Source: a virus
Reading direction: 5' to 3' (one strand)
Length of the DNA stretch: 37,188 bases
IMG/VR virus record: IMGVR_UViG_3300045988_180981
Span: 1-37,188 of that record
In this document: positions 6,673 through 15,574 of the stretch, in pieces
Position numbering within the stretch: the stretch's first letter is position 1
Layout: every line of letters begins with the position of its first letter
The notes under the pieces: generated by a model
Seen by the model: only the letters and a program-made list of their open reading frames with translations
What the model was told of the DNA's origin: nothing
Database searches by the model: none
Program-made: the position numbers and the translations under genes

Positions 6673-7302
6673 TTAAATAAGTCCTACTAATATCATTACG
6701 AAGAATGCAAGGGAAACGGGGCATTCTATCAACGCGATTATCCCGATGATGGAGTTAGGCCTTGGACCTAAGTCAGCGCTTAGGAGAAGTATTCCGCTTG
6801 CCATTGCACATATCCACGTATTGCCAAGTGCCAGAGACGAATCGTGTGTCAATACCGCGGTGACTATTAGCGCAGGGCTTACCAAGAACGTGATGGCGTA
6901 GAGCACCGCGCAAAACACGAAGAACTCCCTTTGCTCCGAATCATCAATGCTCTCCATGAGCACCTTCTTCCTCGCTTCTTGCACTTCCGATAATGTCATG
7001 GTTTTCCAATGGTGCTTCTTCTTCCAACGTTCCAAATAGGGGCGGTAGTCGATCCATGATGGGTAAAACACGTACAATCCCTCGAAAGCGTTCTCAGTAA
7101 TGAGGATGGCTTTGTATACTTGCCACCCACCTCCGCTCAATGGGCACTTGATGTATATCCCCTCTTCCTCTTGGTTCGGGAATACCTTGCACCCATCAAC
7201 GTTCAATCCGAATGCTTTTACGTAATCATCTCTGGTGCGAAGGATTCTTTTGCTTCTCAATATGCGGACTTCCTCACCGAACCTGTTCATTCTCTCTTCC
7301 AT
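6673..7302 (-). CDS. Membrane-anchored hypothetical protein (209 aa): soluble N-terminal domain and about 3 C-terminal TM helices
   Basis: C-terminal hydrophobic stretches; no motif recognised. Confidence 0.5.
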   Translation of the reverse strand: MEERMNRFGEEVRILRSKRILRTRDDYVKAFGLNVDGCKVFPNQEEEGIYIKCPLSGGGWQVYKAILITENAFEGLYVFYPSWIDYRPYLERWKKKHHWKTMTLSEVQEARKKVLMESIDDSEQREFFVFCAVLYAITFLVSPALIVTAVLTHDSSLALGNTWICAMASGILLLSADLGPRPNSIIGIIALIECPVSLAFFVMILVGLI

Positions 7303-7311
7303 TGGTTATTC

Positions 7312-7605
7312 CTATTCTCTTTCGACCGTATATGATTTTGTTAGCGTTCCATCATTCATGATGAATATCTTTTCGATTGTATAACCAGAGCTTTTTAAGC
7401 AATCAGCGATTTCGGAAATTTTTTCTTCCCTTTCTTTTTTTATTTCCGATTCGCTACCAAAAAACAATCCACCGGTAATAACTTCAACAGAAATTTCGTT
7501 TAACTTTTTAAATATTTCGTCTCCAAATTCTTTTATCTCGTTGTTTTGGATGTAGTAGTAATCCAATCCACATGGGTAATCATAAGTTTCAATCAATAGG
7601 TTCAT
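7312..7605 (-). CDS. Hypothetical protein (~97 aa)
   Basis: AAAGGAG 8 nt upstream of the ATG at 7605. Confidence 0.55.
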   Translation of the reverse strand: MNLLIETYDYPCGLDYYYIQNNEIKEFGDEIFKKLNEISVEVITGGLFFGSESEIKKEREEKISEIADCLKSSGYTIEKIFIMNDGTLTKSYTVERE

Positions 7606-7618
7606 TTTGATTACTCCT

Positions 7619-7714
7619 TTAATGTTTCCATGTGTAGTACCACAAGATAGTAGCCACAACCACTACCGCCAAGGTAAGACCGGCGACCGTCCAAACAAGC
7701 TTCATTTCTTCCAT
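7619..7714 (-). CDS. Possible 31-aa single-TM peptide MEEMKLVWTVAGLTLAVVVVATILWYYTWKH
   Basis: GAGGAG 8 nt upstream of the ATG at 7714; hydrophobic core. Confidence 0.3.
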   Translation of the reverse strand: MEEMKLVWTVAGLTLAVVVVATILWYYTWKH

Positions 7715-8145
7715 AGGCGCAACTCCTCTATCGTGTATTCGCGGTTGATTTCTAGTTTTGCGTACATTTTCCCCTTCTTGAAGGGGGGGAGGTATATCCA
7801 ATCATCGTAGGTGTGGATAGCGAGCGCCACGTAGTCTATTTTCTCAATGCGGTACTCCAACGCGATTCCCTCAACTTCATTCCTGAATGGCGCTAGGAAG
7901 TTCCTCAAATACTTCCTCTCGGCTTTGTCCAAGAGGTGTTCTTTCTTTAGGTTCCCCTCTTTGAATAGCCTTTTGTTGTGCTTCTTTGCGATTTTGTTCC
8001 AACCGCCTACCGACAACGCGCTTTTGTGCTCCACCGACTTGCTCATGCGGTAGGTGACGATAACCTTGTCCTTCTTGTCGCCTTTGAGAATGGGCCACTT
8101 GTTTTCATCGTTGAACCCATTCATTTCGATTTCGGTTTTCTTCAT
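7702..8145 (-). CDS. Hypothetical protein (~147 aa)
   Basis: AAGGAG upstream of the ATG at 8145. Confidence 0.55.
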   Translation of the reverse strand: MKKTEIEMNGFNDENKWPILKGDKKDKVIVTYRMSKSVEHKSALSVGGWNKIAKKHNKRLFKEGNLKKEHLLDKAERKYLRNFLAPFRNEVEGIALEYRIEKIDYVALAIHTYDDWIYLPPFKKGKMYAKLEINREYTIEELRLWKK

Positions 8146-8378
8146 TGTTGCTCCTTGTATCCGCATTCGTGCCAGATGATTTTCCATTTGTTGTCCTCCG
8201 TCCATTCGTAGATGGTTGAGGACACGTTCGACTTTTCGCTGATCTCCAACATTTTGTCTCTAGCGTGGATTATTGCGGTGTCCTTGTCATGAAATACTTT
8301 TGTCAAAGAATCTTCGTAGGTGATTTTGACGATGTAGCGCCTATTCCCCTTGTTCGGGTTCACTTGGTAGGATTCCAT
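8142..8378 (-). CDS. Hypothetical protein (~78 aa)
   Basis: GAGGAG 6 nt upstream; TAATG overlap with the upstream gene. Confidence 0.5.
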   Translation of the reverse strand: MESYQVNPNKGNRRYIVKITYEDSLTKVFHDKDTAIIHARDKMLEISEKSNVSSTIYEWTEDNKWKIIWHECGYKEQQ

Positions 8379-8725
8379 TAGAACTCCTCTCCGAAGCCCA
8401 TCGTGGATAGGATATCCACCATGTCGCATTGCGCTTGTTCCATGACTTCTCGAATGCGGTTTAGTTGTAGTTCGCCGGCGCTCATGAGTTTGAATGATTC
8501 CACATCGAATTTAATGTCCTTCGCGGTGATTGGGTCTCCATAGATGTTGCAGATGGAATCGTCCATCGTGTTCCAATGGATCATAACGCTCCCGACAACC
8601 TCACCGTCCAATTCGTAGTCTTTATAGGCAAAGGCGAACTCCATGCCATCGCTTTCGTACACATCGTATCCCGCTTCTTTCATCGCTTTTAAGGTGTTAA
8701 GCGTAACCAGTCTTTTTTTGTTCAT
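8378..8725 (-). CDS. Hypothetical protein (~115 aa); first gene downstream of promoter P1
   Basis: GGAGG 9 nt upstream of the ATG at 8725. Confidence 0.55.
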   Translation of the reverse strand: MNKKRLVTLNTLKAMKEAGYDVYESDGMEFAFAYKDYELDGEVVGSVMIHWNTMDDSICNIYGDPITAKDIKFDVESFKLMSAGELQLNRIREVMEQAQCDMVDILSTMGFGEEF

Positions 8726-8746
8726 TACTTGAACCTCCATGCCACC

Positions 8747-8774
8747 ATTATACTAGCCCCTAGAACGATTGCAA
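8747..8774 (-). promoter_or_regulatory. Sigma-70/sigma-A-like promoter P1: TTGCAA-16 nt-TATAAT, spacer contains CTAGGGGCTAG
   Basis: Read from the reverse complement of 8747-8774. Confidence 0.65.
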
Positions 8775-8783
8775 TAGCATTTT

Positions 8784-8813
8784 GAAAAAATAAAAAAGAG
8801 GGCCGAAGCCCCC
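8784..8813 (-). terminator. Rho-independent terminator
   Basis: Minus strand GGGGGC-UUCG-GCCCUC hairpin followed by UUUUUUAUUUUUU. Confidence 0.6.
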
Positions 8814-8830
8814 AACGAGTATCTCTCTCG

Positions 8831-9025
8831 TCACCTGCGTTTATAATAATCGAGCAAGGCTTTTATGGCAACCATAATCCAATGGGTTAATATGCCAATG
8901 CAAAGCCAGAATGAACAACTCATGAGAACCAATGCCACGATTTGTAATGCCCCTTGTTGTGTGAGCATTATAGACAGGCAACACAAGCATAAAAGAGCCG
9001 ATAGGAAGAATGAAACAATCGTCAT
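8831..9025 (-). CDS. Small membrane protein (64 aa, 2 TM helices)
   Basis: Hydrophobic ORF followed by a terminator. Confidence 0.45.
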   Translation of the reverse strand: MTIVSFFLSALLCLCCLSIMLTQQGALQIVALVLMSCSFWLCIGILTHWIMVAIKALLDYYKRR

Positions 9026-9028
9026 TTG

Positions 9029-9505
9029 CTATTCCTTCTTAGATTCTCCAATCACTCTAGGTTTAATAAATTCTCCGTAATCCTCCTCCTTCTTTGTTTG
9101 CTCTTTTTCTTTTTCATTCTCTTCTCCCATTTCGGTTAAGATTTTAATGCACATTTTTATGTATGCACGGATGTTCATGTAGTCCGTATCAAGGAACATA
9201 TAATGAGCACTTTTCATTCTTTTGTACTCGTGCTCATCATAAAACCTTTCGTCAATTTCTTCCCATTCCTCTTTTCGGTGGTTTTTGCTTGCTACGGCTT
9301 GGCTCAATAGCCTTACCAATTCTCGCAAATCCTTCAAATCGGATTCATTCTTTTTCATCATGTTGTGTCGCTCGATTCCCTTCTTGTCGATATGCACCTC
9401 ATACTTCTCAACTTTATCTCCATCGTAGTTATAAACCAAAATAGGCCTTATCCGCTTGGGATACTTTAGGCTTGGCATTAAAGAATATTTTCTTTCAAAT
9501 TTCAT
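9029..9505 (-). CDS. Hypothetical protein (158 aa)
   Basis: Minus-strand ORF, coupled to its neighbours. Confidence 0.5.
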   Translation of the reverse strand: MKFERKYSLMPSLKYPKRIRPILVYNYDGDKVEKYEVHIDKKGIERHNMMKKNESDLKDLRELVRLLSQAVASKNHRKEEWEEIDERFYDEHEYKRMKSAHYMFLDTDYMNIRAYIKMCIKILTEMGEENEKEKEQTKKEEDYGEFIKPRVIGESKKE

Positions 9506-9852
9506 ACCATAATCTCCCGTAATGTATTGAGCGAACGCGATTGCCCCAGAATAACCGTTCTAGGCTCTTTGAGCGCGTTCGTGGGCAATAACTCCACTAA
9601 TGAGCCGTTTAAGCGCGTAGAGGGGCTTTTAAGGGTTTTCCAAGCCGTTCCGCCATCGTCTCGCACAATCTCCAACACGTTGAATTGCGTGTAATCGTCT
9701 CGAATGGTATCGACCGTGCACAAAGCCACGAACGCTCCTCCCATTGACTTTTGCTTCATGGTTTGGGCTTTGGCCACAAGGAAGTATCGCCCTGCGGTGC
9801 TATCGAACATGGTCTTTCCAGACAAGGCGATTCGATGGAACTCCCTTAGCAC
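9502..9852 (-). CDS. Hypothetical protein (116 aa)
   Basis: ATGA-type overlap with the downstream gene. Confidence 0.5.
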   Translation of the reverse strand: MLREFHRIALSGKTMFDSTAGRYFLVAKAQTMKQKSMGGAFVALCTVDTIRDDYTQFNVLEIVRDDGGTAWKTLKSPSTRLNGSLVELLPTNALKEPRTVILGQSRSLNTLREIMV

Positions 9853-10202
9853 GGTCTAGCCCTCTTAACGCTTGGGGCTTTTTGCTCAAGGATCTTAATC
9901 CTCTTATTGCCAACTATGTGGTAATGGATTGGCCACTTGGGTGGAATCCCGTGCCCCTTGAACGAAACCGTGCCCAACGGGAATAGGAGAATCGTCTTTG
10001 GGGTCATTTGGATGATTTCCGCATCATAGACCACGTAGCCGGACATTGGGCTTTTTGGACTTGTTCCCATGGACATTCGTACCGCAATCTTGATATATGG
10101 GCTTGTGAGGTCTTTTGGGCCAATGGAAGGAAGGGACTCGAACTCATCGTAAGCTTCTTGCTCAATCCCTTCCCTTTTCGCTCTATCAAATCCCATAGGC
10201 AT
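9846..10202 (-). CDS. Hypothetical protein (118 aa)
   Basis: Minus-strand ORF in operon context. Confidence 0.5.
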   Translation of the reverse strand: MPMGFDRAKREGIEQEAYDEFESLPSIGPKDLTSPYIKIAVRMSMGTSPKSPMSGYVVYDAEIIQMTPKTILLFPLGTVSFKGHGIPPKWPIHYHIVGNKRIKILEQKAPSVKRARPC

Positions 10203-10404
10203 CGAACCCCAGTAAATCTTTGAGAGCTTTGCGCAGAGGGCCGCTCATTTTGAAAACGCTTTTGTCACCATGCTCCAAATGGGTATAGTGGGAAATGGAA
10301 ACCCCAACGGCCTCCGCCACTTGCTCTTGGGTCATTCCCTTTTTTCTACGGGCTTCGGCCAAAGCCTTTCCCCCAAGTTTGTTTTTCTCTTGCAATCCGA
10401 TCAT
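10186..10404 (-). CDS. XRE-family helix-turn-helix transcriptional regulator (72 aa)
   Basis: MTQEQVAEAVGVSISHYTHLEHG is a classic HTH_3 signature; GAGGTGA SD. Confidence 0.8.
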   Translation of the reverse strand: MIGLQEKNKLGGKALAEARRKKGMTQEQVAEAVGVSISHYTHLEHGDKSVFKMSGPLRKALKDLLGFDAYGI

Positions 10405-10422
10405 ATTATCACCTCACTTTGT

Positions 10423-10905
10423 TTAGAATGGCAAATCATCTTCCGACAATTCCTCAATGGCTTGCGAGCGCATATTCGGAATGGTTCTCTCTTGCGGTTT
10501 CGTTGGCGCTCTGGATACAAATTGCGCGGTCTCGATGGCTGGCGCGTAAGAGAGCGGTTGTTGTTCTTGCGGTTGCGGTTTGGCCTCGCCTTTTGGTTGC
10601 GCATGGCATAGGCACTCGACCCTATCCGCGTAGACCTTCACGCCCAATCGCTTCGAGCCGTCTTTTCCTTGGTATGGGTGAACCGACAAGCGACCGTCAA
10701 CGAGAATCAAGTCTCCCGTTTTTAGATACTTAATGCAATAGTCTCCCGTAGTGCCCATGGCGGTGCAATCGAGAAACATCGTCTCCTCCGCACCGTCTTT
10801 CGTCTTGTAGGATTGAGCGACCGTGAAAGCCACCCATCTATTTTGGTTTCCTGCCATTTCTGGCGCTTTGGTCAATCGACCTTCGTAGATAACTTTGTTA
10901 TACAT
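10423..10905 (-). CDS. ssb: Single-stranded DNA-binding protein
   Basis: N-terminal NKVIYEGRLTKAPEM OB-fold start, Gln/Pro-rich linker and the acidic C-terminal tip DDLPF. Confidence 0.85.
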   Translation of the reverse strand: MYNKVIYEGRLTKAPEMAGNQNRWVAFTVAQSYKTKDGAEETMFLDCTAMGTTGDYCIKYLKTGDLILVDGRLSVHPYQGKDGSKRLGVKVYADRVECLCHAQPKGEAKPQPQEQQPLSYAPAIETAQFVSRAPTKPQERTIPNMRSQAIEELSEDDLPF

Positions 10906-10922
10906 TTGATATATACCTTCTT

Positions 10923-10960
10923 ATATATTTTGATAACCCGACTTACGCTTTTATGCAAAT
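10923..10960. promoter_or_regulatory. 10-bp perfect inverted repeat GATAACCCGA...TCGGGTTATC with an 18-nt loop, between sak and ssb
   Basis: Seen in sequence. No U-tract follows on the minus strand; the plus strand has TTTTTC after it. Confidence 0.45.
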
Positions 10961-10988
10961 CGGGTTATCTTTTTCAATAACTTTCTTC

Positions 10989-11813
10989 CTAAAAGGGCAT
11001 TTCGTCCTCCGTGACGAATTTGTTCGGCTGCTCGGCAGGTTTAGTCTCTGCTGGCTTTTGCACCTCGTAGGAAGCCTCGTACAATCCTTGTTGAGTGGGT
11101 TGCGGTTGATAGGACTTCTTAATCCCTTGCAATAGCATGATAGCCTTTTGAGCGTTCTCGAAGGTGTCGATGGGATTGTATTTGTATTTATCCACGAAGT
11201 CATTCAAGTTAAGCCCCCTCTCGCTCAATAGGCGGTTGATGAACGCCACTTGCTTGTCGGTTGCTTTCCCGTAAGTGTGGGAAGCAGGTCTAACCGCATA
11301 CCCTGCGTTGGCGGTGTACGGGTTCGGCTCTTTAGCTTCGGCTTCCTCAAACTTCGTTCCCTTGGGGGCTTCTAGTTTGCCCTCGTAGATATACAAGCCA
11401 ACTCCGAAGCGAGCCACGCATTTGGTTAGACCGCGCTGGATGGAATCGTTGATGTCTCTTCCATCGATTTTGTCCATTGGCATGGAATCGTTTCTATTGT
11501 CCATGATGGGGAAGGTTTCAACGCGCTCGACACCGAGAGCCGACACCGCGCATTTCACGAACCCAAACCCATTCACGTTCCACACGGGGTTGCCTAACGC
11601 GTCCTCGATAATGCGGAAGTTCGCGTCCGGGTAGATCTCGAGCATTGCCCTCCAAGCGACCGCCCAATTCAAGTAGGCTAGTTGGACGGTGACCGTTTTA
11701 CCGCTTTTCGTGTTGTATTTGATTTCCTTCCAATCGATGTCTTCTTTCGAAGCCCTCCAAGCACTTGCCTTGGCGAACTTATCGGCCAATAAATCCAAAT
11801 ATTCTTTATCCAT
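10989..11813 (-). CDS. Rad52/Sak-like single-strand annealing protein with an SSB-like acidic C-terminal tip (DEMPF)
   Basis: VQLAYLNWAVAWRAML resembles the LxWA.AW motif of phage Sak (DUF1071) proteins. Placed between a DUF1351-like gene and ssb. Confidence 0.55.
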   Translation of the reverse strand: MDKEYLDLLADKFAKASAWRASKEDIDWKEIKYNTKSGKTVTVQLAYLNWAVAWRAMLEIYPDANFRIIEDALGNPVWNVNGFGFVKCAVSALGVERVETFPIMDNRNDSMPMDKIDGRDINDSIQRGLTKCVARFGVGLYIYEGKLEAPKGTKFEEAEAKEPNPYTANAGYAVRPASHTYGKATDKQVAFINRLLSERGLNLNDFVDKYKYNPIDTFENAQKAIMLLQGIKKSYQPQPTQQGLYEASYEVQKPAETKPAEQPNKFVTEDEMPF

Positions 11814-11829
11814 TGTACAAATTCTCCTT

Positions 11830-12414
11830 TTATTCTTTTAACGTCCAATCGATTTTTAGGCTTTGAGCGTATTGCCTTAGTTGTAGCAATGCGTTGCGAG
11901 AGCCTTTGAGTTCCACGTTGGCGGTGGTCTTTTGGGCCAATTCCAACGCGTTCTCAATGTAGTGGTGAATCGTCTCCTTGGAAGCCGATTGCGGAATCTC
12001 CAAGTAAATCGAATCGAAGCTCGGGATTTCCGCGTAGGGCATTTCCCCGTCCTCGTTTGGCGCGATTAGCGAATCGTAGTAGCACTTGGCTTCCTTGTAG
12101 CGCTTCGCTTTCTTCACTTCGAGAATCTTCGCGGAGAAGTCCTTGTTTTCGAGTTCAAGGGGCTTTATTGCTTCCAGAACCTTTTGCTCCACCGCGGTGA
12201 ATGGCTCTAGAAACGCTTCCTTGGCTTCCTTAAGCGAATCTTTCGTTCCCTTGATGAATTTGTTGGCTTGCGTGCGCAAGTCCTCCAACGAGGTCGCGTT
12301 GTCCTCGGTGATGGCTAGGGCATTTAGATGTCCTGCCATTTCCAATGCCTTGTCCGAGATGGCTTGCAAGTCCACTTGGGGCAATTGGTTTTCAATCGTC
12401 TTAATTAGTTCCAT
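11830..12414 (-). CDS. DUF1351-like phage protein (194 aa), the usual partner gene upstream of Sak in Firmicutes siphophages
   Basis: Helical, acidic protein; assignment by position and composition only. Confidence 0.35.
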   Translation of the reverse strand: MELIKTIENQLPQVDLQAISDKALEMAGHLNALAITEDNATSLEDLRTQANKFIKGTKDSLKEAKEAFLEPFTAVEQKVLEAIKPLELENKDFSAKILEVKKAKRYKEAKCYYDSLIAPNEDGEMPYAEIPSFDSIYLEIPQSASKETIHHYIENALELAQKTTANVELKGSRNALLQLRQYAQSLKIDWTLKE

Positions 12415-12425
12415 TTTAGAACCTC

Positions 12426-12454
12426 CTTCCCCATAACTATACTAGCCCCTTGGA
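12426..12454 (-). promoter_or_regulatory. Sigma-A-like promoter P2: TTGCAA-17 nt-TATAGT, spacer contains CAAGGGGCTAG
   Basis: Reverse complement of 12426-12454; the -35 hexamer abuts the upstream stop codon. Confidence 0.6.
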
Positions 12455-12901
12455 CTAGTTGCAAGGGCTATTTTCCAAGTTTTCCACAAAGGAATCCACA
12501 AAGCGCTTGGCGAGCAATTCGCCCTCTTCGGCATTGTCCGCCATAATCCCTTGCCCGTCCTTGCGGATTTTCTTCGTAATGCAAGATACCTTCACCAAGG
12601 CTTTCATGGCTTTGTCTTTGAGGGTCTTGCGGTAGGCTAGCGTTTCCTCCAAGTTGCCCATGTGGTAGGTGAAGTTGTCGATGATTATTACTTTGTCCGC
12701 TCCCCAATCGCAATTGATGGCGGTTACATCGCTCCAGATTTGAAAGCATTTGTCATGCACCTTTGGGTTGTCGGAGTAATTGTAACCGTCCGAATAGGTC
12801 GCTTTCTGGTAGTTCGACACGATTTCCTCTTGGGTGGTGACTTTGCCTTGAAGAGAGTTTTTCAAGATGAGGTTGTAGGTCGCTAATTGTCTATTTGTCA
12901 T
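12455..12901 (-). CDS. Hypothetical protein (148 aa)
   Basis: Minus-strand ORF. Confidence 0.5.
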   Translation of the reverse strand: MTNRQLATYNLILKNSLQGKVTTQEEIVSNYQKATYSDGYNYSDNPKVHDKCFQIWSDVTAINCDWGADKVIIIDNFTYHMGNLEETLAYRKTLKDKAMKALVKVSCITKKIRKDGQGIMADNAEEGELLAKRFVDSFVENLENSPCN

Positions 12902-13448
12902 TTTCGTTCACCATTATCTTTTCGCCATCGGGCGTTTTCACCCAAATGGGCTTATCGTCTTTCAACATCACAATGTATTTCTCAACTGGCGGATAATATG
13001 GCATTGTTATCGGGAACATCTTGTTCACCAATCTCGAACCAACCGAGGAAATGAATGGTATTTTCTTGGGGTCTTCTTCGTCATAGCAAACAACCCTATC
13101 GACATCGTTGTAAGTCACTTTCCCATCAAGTGTTTCCCTTCTGAAAACGGAACACATCCTATTGCAAGAAAGATCGGATTTGAGACCCTGTTCTTTTAGG
13201 TAGCGTGGGTCTTCTTGCGTTATCCCCTCTTGGTCTAAAAAGTCTTCATCGACAATCGGGGTGAGGGGTAAGTCATTCAACAATCTCGTGAGAAGATGAG
13301 TAGTAATATTCCAACTAAATCCGCTATGGCTGTCTTTTGCCATCGACATAAACGCTCTTAAGGCGCTATCCGCACACATTTGTCCGTAAATGTCTTGTTT
13401 TTTCTTAAAGAGTTCGACTTCTCTTTTCGCTTCTTCGCTCATTGTCAT
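12891..13448 (-). CDS. Hypothetical protein (185 aa)
   Basis: AAAGGAG 8 nt upstream of ATGACAATG. Confidence 0.55.
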   Translation of the reverse strand: MTMSEEAKREVELFKKKQDIYGQMCADSALRAFMSMAKDSHSGFSWNITTHLLTRLLNDLPLTPIVDEDFLDQEGITQEDPRYLKEQGLKSDLSCNRMCSVFRRETLDGKVTYNDVDRVVCYDEEDPKKIPFISSVGSRLVNKMFPITMPYYPPVEKYIVMLKDDKPIWVKTPDGEKIMVNENDK

Positions 13449-13462
13449 TTTAATTTTCTCCT

Positions 13463-13993
13463 TTAATAGAATTTGATTTCGGCATTTTTTAGATTCTTCT
13501 TCACTTGCGATTCATCGTAAGGCAATGGATCGGCGAATTTTTGATAGTGCTCAATTTCTTTGTAACTCATTGGAACTAAGAACAATCTAGGGTTCATCGT
13601 CTCGCGGTGGCTCGCGATGAAGTCCAAGATTTCCTCTCCGGTGCACCGTTTCTTCCACGCTTCGCTCAAATGGGTGGTGAACTTAGGCCTTCTCCACAAA
13701 GCTTGCGCTTGTTGCATGAGGAAACCGCTTTTTGACGGTATGTGCATATCAACCACGTAAATCACCCAAAGGCAAGTCAATCCATCGTATTCTGGCTTGA
13801 ATCCGTAACCCTTGTCAAAGAGGGGGTTCAAGTATCCTTTCCGCTCTCCACGGTTCATCGTCCTCTTTTGAGGGAGGGAAGCGGTAGGCTCGTACAATTT
13901 CTTTTGCGGCTCGATTGGTAGGGAAGCTTCCCCAGTTTCCAAAGCCCTCTTTTGAGCATCTTCCAACGCTTTCTTTTCTTCTTCGGTTTTCAT
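13463..13993 (-). CDS. Hypothetical protein (176 aa)
   Basis: Minus-strand ORF. Confidence 0.5.
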   Translation of the reverse strand: MKTEEEKKALEDAQKRALETGEASLPIEPQKKLYEPTASLPQKRTMNRGERKGYLNPLFDKGYGFKPEYDGLTCLWVIYVVDMHIPSKSGFLMQQAQALWRRPKFTTHLSEAWKKRCTGEEILDFIASHRETMNPRLFLVPMSYKEIEHYQKFADPLPYDESQVKKNLKNAEIKFY

Positions 13994-13997
13994 GTTA

Positions 13998-14636
13998 TTA
14001 TCCTAAATAAACGTAGGATTGCGGAACTCCCTTCAATCCGTATTCCTCAATGCCGATCGGCTCGGGGAATCTCATTGGTTTGCTGAGAACGTATGCGTAT
14101 GCCACGTCCGCCCCGTTGAAGTACTCAATGTAATCTTCCAACGATATTCCCGAATGGTCTTTGGTTCTTTCATAAAGATTGTATGGCGAGTCTTTTATTA
14201 CTTTTAATACGTTTACTTCGCCAACAACCTTTTTCACTGGAGCAGTCTCGTAAATGACGATTTTGGACACATGGTGGTTCGGCAATTTCCTACGATATTC
14301 GAACCACTTCTTATCGTCTAGGATTTTCTCCGCATATTCAGGTTTGATTGGGAGGATGATTTTGCTTCCGCATTGTACTTGATTACGTTCCGAGGCTAAC
14401 AGCAAATCGCCCTTGTACTTTAAAAAGCACAACGAATACCGTTTTCCGTCCCGTTCATTGAACCTCTCGGTTTCAAAGAACTCCTCTGCCTCTTCGCGAT
14501 CGGTGAAATATCCAATCGTATATGGTAAGCGGTCTTCTTCTTTGATGAGTTCCACTTCGTAGTACGTTGGCAACATTTTGTTTTCGGAAATGCACTTATC
14601 GCAGTAATTCAATAATTCGAGTTTAGTCATTTTCAT
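13998..14636 (-). CDS. Hypothetical protein with a possible ASCH/PUA-like C-terminal domain (212 aa)
   Basis: The C-terminal half (KIILPIKPEYAEKILDDKKWFEYRR ... VAYAYVLSKP) has an ASCH-like pattern; this is a weak call. Confidence 0.3.
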   Translation of the reverse strand: MKMTKLELLNYCDKCISENKMLPTYYEVELIKEEDRLPYTIGYFTDREEAEEFFETERFNERDGKRYSLCFLKYKGDLLLASERNQVQCGSKIILPIKPEYAEKILDDKKWFEYRRKLPNHHVSKIVIYETAPVKKVVGEVNVLKVIKDSPYNLYERTKDHSGISLEDYIEYFNGADVAYAYVLSKPMRFPEPIGIEEYGLKGVPQSYVYLG

Positions 14637-14648
14637 TTTCTTTCTCCT

Positions 14649-15308
14649 TCAATCCTTTATATATTCGTAAGTTCCGGTCTCTTTGTTAAAGCGGAATTCG
14701 TTGGCATTTCCCCATAGTTTGAACGAGAGTTCGTAAGCCTCTTTTGAATCCGCAACGAATTGCTCAAAGGATACGCACGTTCCGTTTTTGTATTCGGCTC
14801 TTCCAGTGACACGTCCATTGTCTTCGTCCGCCCATTCATGCTCGAACGAGAAATCTTTGTGCATTTCCGCAAGTTTTTGAATAATGGGGGTAGGCGGTGT
14901 CCAAGCGGTGAGAAGCTCAATCGTGTCGCCATCGATTTTCGTTTCCCCTGCGTTCCATTTACATCCCCAATGATGAATACTCCAATCGAACCAAGTGGCG
15001 AATCCGTATTTTTGGAGATTCTCGAACGCGCGTTTTCCAAGTTTAATGGTGTCTTCCAAATTCCCTTCGTTTCTCTTTTTCAATTCTTCGACTTTGTGTT
15101 CATCAATTATCTTTTCTGGAGAGGTGATGGAAGCGATATATAACTTAAGCCCGTCTCTCGTTCTAGGGCCACATTCTATTCTCAAATCATCGGGCATTGT
15201 CTCAATGGTATTGAAGTCGAAGTCGCCATCGTTGTCGAGGTGCTTTTGGATTATTGATTTGGCGTTCTTTCCTTTTATGGTCAATCTATTTTTGATGAAA
15301 TTCGGCAT
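14649..15308 (-). CDS. Hypothetical protein (219 aa) with a conserved W.DW..HHWGCKWNA motif
   Basis: Motif seen; the family could not be named with confidence. Confidence 0.45.
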   Translation of the reverse strand: MPNFIKNRLTIKGKNAKSIIQKHLDNDGDFDFNTIETMPDDLRIECGPRTRDGLKLYIASITSPEKIIDEHKVEELKKRNEGNLEDTIKLGKRAFENLQKYGFATWFDWSIHHWGCKWNAGETKIDGDTIELLTAWTPPTPIIQKLAEMHKDFSFEHEWADEDNGRVTGRAEYKNGTCVSFEQFVADSKEAYELSFKLWGNANEFRFNKETGTYEYIKD

Positions 15309-15319
15309 TTTGTTTCTCC

Positions 15320-15505
15320 TTAGCGACTCTTAACGGTCACGATAAACAACCCTTCTTTTGGGGTGATTAAATAGACTTCTTTTTCTGCTACTTCGTTGTA
15401 GCAGAGTTCGCTCGAATCGCCTTCTGCAAGGGTGCGACCAGCAAAGTCGATAACGCGCATTTTTTTGTAACCGTTCACGTAGTTAAGAAAATGTTTTATT
15501 TTCAT
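15320..15505 (-). CDS. Small hypothetical protein (61 aa)
   Basis: Minus-strand ORF, first after P3. Confidence 0.4.
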   Translation of the reverse strand: MKIKHFLNYVNGYKKMRVIDFAGRTLAEGDSSELCYNEVAEKEVYLITPKEGLFIVTVKSR

Positions 15506-15530
15506 TTTTAGTTCCTCCTTAAGAACTGGA

Positions 15531-15563
15531 TATATTATATAACTAGCCCTTAGGGATTGTCAA
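15531..15563 (-). promoter_or_regulatory. Sigma-A-like promoter P3: TTGACA-16/18 nt-TATATA/TATAAT, spacer contains CTAAGGGCTAG
   Basis: Reverse complement of 15531-15563. Confidence 0.6.
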
Positions 15564-15574
15564 ATAGGGAAGTG

